From Candidatus Sumerlaeota bacterium (lineage in GTDB: Bacteria > Sumerlaeota > Sumerlaeia > SLMS01 > JAHLLQ01), in NCBI GenBank assembly GCA_030156535.1, contig JASGMJ010000009.1, positions 74,643 through 138,642 of the forward strand: 64,000 nt of DNA, in the 5' to 3' direction. How positions within the stretch are numbered: position 1 is the stretch's first letter; each line of letters starts with the position of its first letter. Positions 56,829 through 64,000 of the stretch are shown here, in pieces. Position numbers and translations under genes: made by a program. A model generated the notes under the pieces. That model was given only the letters and a program-made list of their open reading frames with translations, had not been told where the DNA came from and made no database searches.

Positions 56829-57623
56829 ATGGCAGGCAAGGCTCACGAAATTGAGTACGAAGTCCGCGGCGACGACATGCAGTTCGTCGAGATCATCCTC
56901 GATCCCGGCGAAACAGTCGTCTCGGAAGCCGGCGCCATGATGTTCATGGACCAAGGCATTGAGATGCAAAGCGTCATGGGCGCCAACAAGGAAGGGGGCC
57001 TGATGGGCAAGCTCTTCTCCGCCGGCAAGCGCATGTTGACGGGCGAGAGTCTCTTCCTGACGACGTTCACCAATCAGGGGCAGGGAAAGCAGCGCGTCGG
57101 CTTTGCCGCTCCCTATCCCGGCAAGATCATCCCGATGGACCTCTCGCAGTACGGCCCGATGCTCTGCCAGAAGGACAGCTACCTCTGTTCCGCCATGGGC
57201 ATCGACGTGAACATTGCGTTCACGAAACGCTTCGGCGCGGGGCTGTTCGGCGGCGAGGGATTCATTCTCCAAAAACTGAGCGGCGACGGCCTTTCCTTCG
57301 TCCACGCCGGCGGCATGATTCACTACTACGATCTCGCTCCCGGCCAGCAGATGCGCGTGGACACGGGCTGTCTGGTCGCCTTCCAGGAAAGTGTCTCGTA
57401 CGACATCCAGATGGTCGGCAGCATCAAGACGGCTCTTTTCGGCGGTGAAGGGCTCTTCCTCGCCGTTGTCACGGGGCCGGGACGCGTTTTCCTCCAGTCG
57501 CTTCCGTTCAGCCGCCTTGCCAGCCGTATCTACGCGGCCGCGCCGCAGACCGGCGGACGCCGCCAGGGGGAAGGCTCGATTCTCGGAGGCTTGGGGAACC
57601 TGCTCGACGGCGACGGACTCTAA
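56829..57623 (+). CDS. TIGR00266 / AIM24 family protein
   Basis: MQFVEIILDPGE, EAGAM, GESLF, FAAPYPGKI, FGGEGF, VDTGCLVAF, GPGRVFLQSLP; RBS GGAGG. Confidence 0.9.
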   Translation: MAGKAHEIEYEVRGDDMQFVEIILDPGETVVSEAGAMMFMDQGIEMQSVMGANKEGGLMGKLFSAGKRMLTGESLFLTTFTNQGQGKQRVGFAAPYPGKIIPMDLSQYGPMLCQKDSYLCSAMGIDVNIAFTKRFGAGLFGGEGFILQKLSGDGLSFVHAGGMIHYYDLAPGQQMRVDTGCLVAFQESVSYDIQMVGSIKTALFGGEGLFLAVVTGPGRVFLQSLPFSRLASRIYAAAPQTGGRRQGEGSILGGLGNLLDGDGL

Positions 57624-57643
57624 TTCCTCAACGGAGGCCGCGC

Positions 57644-58300
57644 GTGCCCAAGTACTACCCGGTCATGATGAACATCGAAGGCGCCCCCGCCCTTGTCGTT
57701 GGCGGGGGAGCCATCGCTTCGCGCAAGGCCGAAGGGCTTCTGGAGTACGGTGCCCGCGTCACCATCGTCGCCCGCGAAGCGAGTCCCGACGTTCGCCGCT
57801 TGTATGACGAGGAGCGCGTGCAACTGCATGAACGTCCTTTCGTCGATGCCGACCTCAACGAACCCGTCATCGTCTTTGCCGCGACAAACGACCGCGCCCT
57901 GCACGAGCACATCAAGACCGAGTGCGACCGCCGCAGGATTCTGTGCAACGTCGTCGATGTTCCCGACCTGTGCGGTTTCATCGTTCCCTCGATCATCCGC
58001 CGCGGCGAACTGATGATTACCATTTCCACGGACGGGCTCTGCCCGGCCTACTCAAAGTTCCAGCGCAAGCGCATGGAGCAGTGTTGCTTTCCCGAGGGCG
58101 CCCAGGCGATGCTCCACGTTATCGCGGCGGCGCGAAACGAACTCAAAGGGCCGCTCGGCAAGGGGCTGGGCGACGAGAAGAAGTTCGAGTTGCTGCGGCA
58201 ACTTGTCGAGGAAGGGTTGGAGGATCGCCTCGCGCTTGAAGGCGAAGCCGCCGCCTCGGCCTACGCCGTGAATCGCATTCACGAGTTGGCGGCCAAGTAA
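57644..58300 (+). CDS. Precorrin-2 dehydrogenase / sirohydrochlorin ferrochelatase (CysG N-terminal/SirC-like)
   Basis: YYPV, LVVGGGAIASRK, AATND, NVVDVPDLCGFIVPS, ISTDG.CP. Confidence 0.88.
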   Translation: MPKYYPVMMNIEGAPALVVGGGAIASRKAEGLLEYGARVTIVAREASPDVRRLYDEERVQLHERPFVDADLNEPVIVFAATNDRALHEHIKTECDRRRILCNVVDVPDLCGFIVPSIIRRGELMITISTDGLCPAYSKFQRKRMEQCCFPEGAQAMLHVIAAARNELKGPLGKGLGDEKKFELLRQLVEEGLEDRLALEGEAAASAYAVNRIHELAAK

Positions 58301-58352
58301 GCTGATGGAATCCCGACGCTTTCCGATTACAAACTCAAGGAGACAGCCAACA

Positions 58353-59150
58353 ATGACAAAGCGCGTTCTTCTCAGCATTGCCCTCCTCGCTGGCCTTTTG
58401 CACGCGGCCATCGCACAGGAAGTCACTTCCAAGGGCCCCGAACTCGACAAGTCCAAGGACTACTACGCCGTCCTCGACACCTCCTTCGGCAAGATCGTCG
58501 TTTCCTTCTTCGAGGACGAGGCGCCGGAAACCGTGCGCAACTTCGTGAACCTCGCCGAGGGGACCAAGGCGTTCAAGGACCCGGCCAAGCGGGAAACGAA
58601 GGGCTACTATGACGGAACGGTCTTCCATCGCGTGATCAACGATTTCATGCTGCAAGGCGGCGACCCCACAGCAACAGGCAGCGGTTCCCCGGGCTTCAAC
58701 ATCAAGGGTGAGGTTGCTCCGTCGTTGAAGTTCAGCAACAAGGACTGCCTGATGGCGATGGCGAATGCAGGACACCCCGACACGGCCGGGGCGCAGTTCT
58801 TCATCACCGACGTGGGCGCCAAGCCCGGCTGGTTGGACGGGGGCTACGCCATTTTCGGTGAAGTCGTTGAGGGACGCGACGTCGTGAAGACCATCTGCGA
58901 GGTCCCCGTCAAAGCACAGCCCAGAGGGCGTGAGGTTTCGCGTCCCATCGAGGACGTGGCACTCAAGACTGTCACCATCATCCGCGTGCCGAAGGGCTCG
59001 GATGAATGGAAGAAGGCCCTCGAAGCGCCCGCCGCTGCGGCGACGGAAGAAGTGCCCGCGCCCGAAGCAGCGGAATCCGAGGCCCCCGCCAAGGCAGAGC
59101 CCGCATCGCAGCCGGCCGTGAAGCCCGAAAGCGCACCGGCCAAGCCGTGA
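58353..59150 (+). CDS. Exported cyclophilin-type peptidyl-prolyl isomerase
   Basis: Signal peptide; APETVRNF, YYDGTVFHRVI, QGGDP, MANAG, QFFIT, IFGEVVEG; Ala/Pro/Glu-rich tail. Confidence 0.92.
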   Translation: MTKRVLLSIALLAGLLHAAIAQEVTSKGPELDKSKDYYAVLDTSFGKIVVSFFEDEAPETVRNFVNLAEGTKAFKDPAKRETKGYYDGTVFHRVINDFMLQGGDPTATGSGSPGFNIKGEVAPSLKFSNKDCLMAMANAGHPDTAGAQFFITDVGAKPGWLDGGYAIFGEVVEGRDVVKTICEVPVKAQPRGREVSRPIEDVALKTVTIIRVPKGSDEWKKALEAPAAAATEEVPAPEAAESEAPAKAEPASQPAVKPESAPAKP

Positions 59151-60814
59151 TGAGCATCAAACAGCCGTTTCCGCTCCCCGAACCGGGGCATCGTGATTGG
59201 TACGCGTGGGAGGCGATTCGCGCCCTCCCACGCCTGATCCTCATGGTTGACAAGAACCCGTTCAGCAAAACGTACGGCTGCTTCGATCGTTCCTACTGGC
59301 ACTATCGCACGATGGATTTTCCGTGCGGGATGAATCAGGAGTACGTTCTGGCCCTTGCTCTCGCGTGCAAGCTCGACATGCCGGGCAATCCGTACTTCGG
59401 CAAGGAGCGTCTGCGCGAACTCGTCGAGGCCGGCATCGACTACGCCCGCGTCTCCTCGCACCGAAACGGTTCATGCGACGACTATTTCCCGTTCGAGCGT
59501 GCGCTCGGCGCCCTGGTGTTCTCACTCTACTCAATGACGGAGAGCGCCATCGAGCTCGGCCTGCGCGACGAGCGCCATCTCGAGTTCTTTGCGCGCCGGG
59601 GCGACTGGCTGGCAACGCACAACGAAACAGGCCAGCTCGCCAATCATCAGGCCTTTGCCGCCCTCGCGCTCTACAACGTCTACATCCTTACGGGCGAGGA
59701 ACGTTTCCGCAAGGCATCGAACGCGTTTCGCGATCTCACGCTCGGTTGGCAGAAGGACGAGGGCTGGTTCCAGGAATACGAAGGCGCCGATCCCGGCTAC
59801 CATTCGTGCTCCATCAGCTTTCTGTCCAAGCTCTGGCAGAAGAGCCAGGATGAACGCCTGATTGATCCGCTCGGCCGGGCCATTGATTTTGCGTGGTACT
59901 TCATGCACCCCGACGGCTCCTATGCGGGCGAGTATGGCAGCCGGAATACGTACCACTTTTACCCGCACGGCTTCGAGGTAATGGCGCATCGCTTCCCCAA
60001 GGCGGGGGAGATCGCGCAGACCTACCTCGAACGCGCCATGCCGCGGCGCACCCGGTACTTCAACGACGACGACCGCATGGCAGCGCATTATGTCTACGAC
60101 TGGATGCAGGCGTGGCGCGATCATCGCGCGGAGCGCGAGCCGTCCATCGTGCTGCCGGAAAAAAAGGAAGCGACGTACTTCGAGCAGGCCCGCCTGCTCG
60201 TCGTGCGCACGCCAGCGTACCACGCTGTCGTTGCCGCCAACAAGGGCGGGGCGTGCAAGATTACGACGCCGGAGGGGGCGCTGCACAGCGACACCGGCCT
60301 GATCGCCGAACTCGAAGATGGCCGCGTCGCCGTCACGCATCTCGTGCAGAACAACGCGCGCGTCAACGTTGCGGCGGATGCCTCCCACATTGGTATCACC
60401 AGCCGCTTTCACCAGCGCCGCCAGCCGCTACCCACCCCGTTCAAGCAAATCCTGTTTCGCCTGATGACGTTGACGGTCGGCAGGTTCAGCGCCAACGCCG
60501 TGCGTGCCCTTCTTCAGAAGGTGCTCATCACCGGCAAGGCCCCGCTCCCGCTTCTCCACCGCCGCCGCTTTGCCTTCCATGCGGATCGCGTGGAAATCAC
60601 CGACGAAGTGACGGCGGGAAAGTCAGGACGTCCCCGGATCATGCGTCTCGCCTCGGGGAGCGACGCCACTTCCATTTACGTCGCCAACTCCAACGTCTTC
60701 CAGCAATCCGTGCTGCTGCCGTGGACGTGGCTGAACGGCAAGGCCGCCGAGTTCAACCGCACGGGGCGGGTGCGGATTCGCCGCACAATTCGCGCGGGGA
60801 AGGAAGACGCATGA
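59150..60814 (+). CDS. Conserved hypothetical protein, probable (alpha/alpha) toroid plus beta domain
   Basis: 554 aa; TYGCFDRSYWHY, EGWFQEYEGADPGY, HPDGSYAGEYGSRNT; TGATG overlap upstream, ATGA overlap downstream. Confidence 0.7.
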   Translation: MSIKQPFPLPEPGHRDWYAWEAIRALPRLILMVDKNPFSKTYGCFDRSYWHYRTMDFPCGMNQEYVLALALACKLDMPGNPYFGKERLRELVEAGIDYARVSSHRNGSCDDYFPFERALGALVFSLYSMTESAIELGLRDERHLEFFARRGDWLATHNETGQLANHQAFAALALYNVYILTGEERFRKASNAFRDLTLGWQKDEGWFQEYEGADPGYHSCSISFLSKLWQKSQDERLIDPLGRAIDFAWYFMHPDGSYAGEYGSRNTYHFYPHGFEVMAHRFPKAGEIAQTYLERAMPRRTRYFNDDDRMAAHYVYDWMQAWRDHRAEREPSIVLPEKKEATYFEQARLLVVRTPAYHAVVAANKGGACKITTPEGALHSDTGLIAELEDGRVAVTHLVQNNARVNVAADASHIGITSRFHQRRQPLPTPFKQILFRLMTLTVGRFSANAVRALLQKVLITGKAPLPLLHRRRFAFHADRVEITDEVTAGKSGRPRIMRLASGSDATSIYVANSNVFQQSVLLPWTWLNGKAAEFNRTGRVRIRRTIRAGKEDA

Positions 60815-61626
60815 CGTTGCGGCGCCTTTCTCCTGTCGTCCTGCTGTTCGCTCTCCTGCTGGGCGCGTGCGTGAAGCCCGCTTCCTCGACGCTGATCACC
60901 GCCAGTGGCGTTGCTCCGATTGAAGAGACGCATGCTTCCGACGCTGCGTCCTCGGGTACGGAATCACTCGCATGGGCTGGGGAGGTGCTGGCGGTTTCCG
61001 CAACCGTGGATCTTGATGCGCAACGCCGTCAGGAAAGCGAACCGCTGGCTCTTGCGGCGGCACGCCTGCTGGCGCGCGACCGCGCGCGCTCCAGCGCCCG
61101 GGAAAAACTCCGTGCGCTTCAGGTTGGAGAGAGAGCAACCGTAGCCCGCTTTGCCGAGCGCGACGCGGCTGTGGCTGACGCACTTGAGGCGGCGATTGCC
61201 GCGGCAACTCCCACGTGGGAGGAGAGCAGCGACGGCAACTCCGTGACGGCGGAACTCGATGTGGAGTTGCGCGCACTCGGGGAGGCGGTTCGTGCAGCGG
61301 GTGGCGGGGGAGAAACCCGGCCGGGCGACTCGTCGGCAACGATTCTCGCCGAAGCAGCGGCGCAACGCGTTGCCTTCGAGCGCGCACGCGAGGAACTCGG
61401 CCGCCGGCTCCTCGCTTTCCCCGGCCCCAACGGTCAGACCGTCGGCGACCTGCTCCGCAAGTATCCCAGTGAGCAATCCGCCGCCCAGGCGTGGCTCTTC
61501 AATGCGCGCACCTTGATGAGCCGCCGCATTGCCGGAGATCGATGGAAGATCGTTCTGGAAGCCGACACGACTCCCGTGATTCGCCGGCTCGAAGTTCTTG
61601 AGACCCCCGTTGAGGAGAGACGCTGA
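60811..61626 (+). CDS. Lipoprotein with two LPP20-like repeats
   Basis: Lipobox LLGAC; two related helical units (AAARLLARDRAR...ATVARF and AAAQRVAFERAR...QTVGDL). Confidence 0.65.
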   Translation: MTLRRLSPVVLLFALLLGACVKPASSTLITASGVAPIEETHASDAASSGTESLAWAGEVLAVSATVDLDAQRRQESEPLALAAARLLARDRARSSAREKLRALQVGERATVARFAERDAAVADALEAAIAAATPTWEESSDGNSVTAELDVELRALGEAVRAAGGGGETRPGDSSATILAEAAAQRVAFERAREELGRRLLAFPGPNGQTVGDLLRKYPSEQSAAQAWLFNARTLMSRRIAGDRWKIVLEADTTPVIRRLEVLETPVEERR

Positions 61627-61627
61627 C

Positions 61628-62239
61628 GTGGCAGATCCCCACAGCACCCTGGTTCTTGCTTCCGGCTCCCCCCGCCGGCGCGAATTGCTCGAACGCATGG
61701 GGGTCCCTTTCGAAGTGATTCCGTCCACCGTCGATGAAAGCATCATCCCCGCCGATCATCCCCGCACGTTCGCTCTTCGTGCGGCCTACGCCAAGGCCGC
61801 CGACGTTGCAGCCCGGGTCGAAGAGGGGCGTCTGGTTCTGGCCGCCGATACCGTTGTTACGCTCGACGGCCTGCTGTTCGGCAAGCCGTCCTCCGATTCC
61901 GATGCGCGCCGGATGCTGATGCGCCTCTCCGGGCGCACCCATGACGTCATCACGGGGCTGGCTTTGGCGCGTGCCGGGCATGCGGATATCTCGCTCGATT
62001 CCTCCACCACGGCGGTTGTCTTCAAAGCACTTGCAGTTCACGAGTTGGACCATTATCTGGCGAACGGAGAGCACCACGACAAAGCCGGAGCCTACGGAAT
62101 TCAGGGGAAGGCAGGGGCATTCGTCGAGCGGCTGGAAGGCGACTATTTCAACGTGATGGGCCTGCCATGCGGACTGGTGGCGCGAATGTTGGCCTCGGCG
62201 GGACTGGGGGAGTTCTCCGCTCCTGCTCCGCCACGCTGA
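61628..62239 (+). CDS. maf: Maf/YhdE nucleoside triphosphate pyrophosphatase
   Basis: LVLASGSPRRRELL, AADTVV, GKP, LSGRTH, DKAGAYGIQG, NVMGLP. Confidence 0.95.
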   Translation: MADPHSTLVLASGSPRRRELLERMGVPFEVIPSTVDESIIPADHPRTFALRAAYAKAADVAARVEEGRLVLAADTVVTLDGLLFGKPSSDSDARRMLMRLSGRTHDVITGLALARAGHADISLDSSTTAVVFKALAVHELDHYLANGEHHDKAGAYGIQGKAGAFVERLEGDYFNVMGLPCGLVARMLASAGLGEFSAPAPPR

Positions 62240-62266
62240 GAGCAGGCGCTTTACAGGCTTTTGTGG

Positions 62267-62296
62267 TCTAACTATTCGGGGACCGAACTGTTCGGT
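62267..62296. promoter_or_regulatory. Putative MarR operator
   Basis: Perfect palindrome ACCGAAC-T-GTTCGGT (62282-62296) preceded by a degenerate copy ctaactattcgg. Confidence 0.55.
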
Positions 62297-62355
62297 TGAC
62301 GTGGGAGTGATACTGCGGCCAATGCCACCCGCACGGCTTGGAGCCCCCAAAAATC

Positions 62356-62847
62356 ATGAGCAGCATTCAATCTCCCGAGTTGATCGCACAGGCGCGCCTG
62401 ATTCATCAACACTTGCAGCGCATGAGAGCATACCTGACAAGTGGCGAAACCCCAGGCCGCATCTGGCAGGGGATGGGCAAGGCGCCGACATTCCCGCAGA
62501 TTCGTACGCTGTTCGCGCTCAATCTTCTGGGGCCCTGCCAGCTCAAGGACCTGAGCCGCATGCTCGACATTTCTGATCCGGCGGCCTCGGAGATGGTGGA
62601 CCGTTTGGTTGAGATGAAGCTGGTGACACGCGATCAGGACCCGGTGGACCGGCGCCGCGTGATTCTCCGGCTCACCGCCGATGCCCGCCGCCGTGTCGAA
62701 GCACACGAGCATCATACACTGGAACGCATCATGCGCCTTCTCGATACCATTGGCCCGGAGCAGGTCGCCCAGTGGGTGGACCTCGCCGAGCGGATGACCA
62801 AGGTCGTTCAATCCACGGAAAGAAAGGTGCCCACGCGTGAGCACTGA
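62356..62847 (+). CDS. MarR family transcriptional regulator
   Basis: TFPQIRTL, LKDLSRML, SEMVDRLVEMKLVTR..DPVDRRRVILRLT. Confidence 0.9.
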   Translation: MSSIQSPELIAQARLIHQHLQRMRAYLTSGETPGRIWQGMGKAPTFPQIRTLFALNLLGPCQLKDLSRMLDISDPAASEMVDRLVEMKLVTRDQDPVDRRRVILRLTADARRRVEAHEHHTLERIMRLLDTIGPEQVAQWVDLAERMTKVVQSTERKVPTREH

Positions 62848-64000
62848 GAACCAATACACCCCCGCCTCCAGTGAAGGCGGGGGAGAGCAGATTGCCCGCC
62901 ATTCCGTTTGGGCACGTCTTGCGTTGGTGGTAGCGATCCTGGCCGTAGGCGTTGTTGGCCAGTCACTCCTGGGCCGTTTGAAGAAGGAGCCCCCCGTTCG
63001 GGAAGTACCGAAAGTCGTTGCCAGCGCCACCGGAATCGTCGGTACGCGCCAGAACGTCCAGTCCGTCCTGTACGGCTATGGTACGGCGCGGCCACATCGC
63101 ACGACGATGGTGGTTCCCGAGGTGGAAGGACGGGTTGTTGAAGTGCATCCCCGGCTCGAAGAAGGCAAAGTGATCGAGAAGGGCGACGTTCTTTTTCGCA
63201 TTGATCCCACCGACTATGAGCTGGCCCGCGAGCAAAGCCTTGCTGAAGTTGCGCAGATCGAGCAGGAGATCGAACAACTCGCTGTCGAGGAAAAGAGCGA
63301 CGCGCAACGCCTGGAGCTGGCGCGCCAGAATCTCGCACTGGCGCAGCGCGATCTCGACCGTGTCGACACGCTCGTTCAGTCCGGTGGTGCGGAAAGCGAG
63401 GCACGCCTCGACCAGGTCCGCGGAACCGTTACCCAGCGTCAGGATCAGGTCGTCGCGCTTGAGCGTACCCTCGCCCTGTATCCCACCCGCCGTGGCATGC
63501 TCGAAGCCCGTCTGAAGAGCGCCCGGGCGCGCGTTGATCTCGCCGCCGCCAACATTGAACGCACAACGGTGCGGGCACCCTACGATGCCCGTATCGTGAA
63601 GAAGAGCATTGAACTCGACCAGCGCGTAGCTCCCGGCATGGAAGCGCTGCTGCTCGCCGACGACTCCATTCTCGAAATTCCCGTTTCGCTCGACGGCTTC
63701 GAGCTCAGTCGCTGGCTGGAAGTGGAACGCGATCCCGCCGACCTCCATTGGGTCGGCAAATTCGCGAAGCATCCCGTGACCGTCGAGTGGTCCGATGACA
63801 AGTCCGACCATCCCTATGTGGGGCGGTTGGATCGCATCGAATCGTACAACAGCGACACGCGCACGTTCCACGTGATCGTCGCCATCGACGCGACGCACTT
63901 CGACCCGAATGCCTCCGCGCCGTTTCCCCTGACGGACGGCATGTTCTGCGAAGTTGCGATTCCGGGACGAATCGCCAGAGACGTGATTCCCGTTCCCCGC
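62837..64000 (+). CDS. RND efflux periplasmic adaptor subunit (partial, runs off window end)
   Basis: Own translation from GTG 62837: N-terminal TM, VVPEVEGRVVEV, KGDVLFRIDPTDY, coiled coil, TVRAPYD, GMFCEVAIPG. Confidence 0.88.
   Translation, partial: MSTENQYTPASSEGGGEQIARHSVWARLALVVAILAVGVVGQSLLGRLKKEPPVREVPKVVASATGIVGTRQNVQSVLYGYGTARPHRTTMVVPEVEGRVVEVHPRLEEGKVIEKGDVLFRIDPTDYELAREQSLAEVAQIEQEIEQLAVEEKSDAQRLELARQNLALAQRDLDRVDTLVQSGGAESEARLDQVRGTVTQRQDQVVALERTLALYPTRRGMLEARLKSARARVDLAAANIERTTVRAPYDARIVKKSIELDQRVAPGMEALLLADDSILEIPVSLDGFELSRWLEVERDPADLHWVGKFAKHPVTVEWSDDKSDHPYVGRLDRIESYNSDTRTFHVIVAIDATHFDPNASAPFPLTDGMFCEVAIPGRIARDVIPVPR

Noticed and set aside
277-63898. Many long antisense or alternate-frame ORFs (e.g. 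5114..6247, 8397..9683, 34428..36263, 47001..48137, 62963..63898)
   Set aside because: They overlap well-supported genes, lack motifs, and are expected from stop-poor opposite frames in high-GC DNA

Overview
High-GC bacterial chromosome segment from a diderm (lpxB, lolC/E present), about 56 densely packed CDSs. The gene style tentatively suggests an under-studied lineage such as Candidatus Sumerlaeota/BRC1, but this is an unverified inference. Most content is housekeeping: sucC, recN, punA, dnaA, gltX, pgi, pepD, der, lpxB, ylxM-ffh-rpsP-khpA-rimM, lysS, leuB, maf. I found no rRNA, tRNA, CRISPR array or intact IS. The best candidate for an undescribed system is a minus-strand block (7357-11397): a DnaG-type CHC2 zinc finger fused to TPRs precedes two PilT retraction ATPases, one with a degenerate MshEN-like N-terminus, and a third pilT lies nearby. 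Other candidates: (a) a single gene with a coiled coil and RelE-like C-terminus; (b) a translationally coupled PD-(D/E)xK + PIN pair with its own promoter; (c) a LarC whose C-terminal domain is replaced by a His/Cys-rich tail; (d) an intact but HUH-degenerate RAYT transposase upstream of recN; (e) a thioredoxin-like ferredoxin lacking three of four Cys ligands; (f) an orphan type III Mod-like methyltransferase. All family calls come from motif recognition by eye; no database searches were run. Start codons were re-picked from the ORF track where an RBS or gene overlap supported a downstream start.
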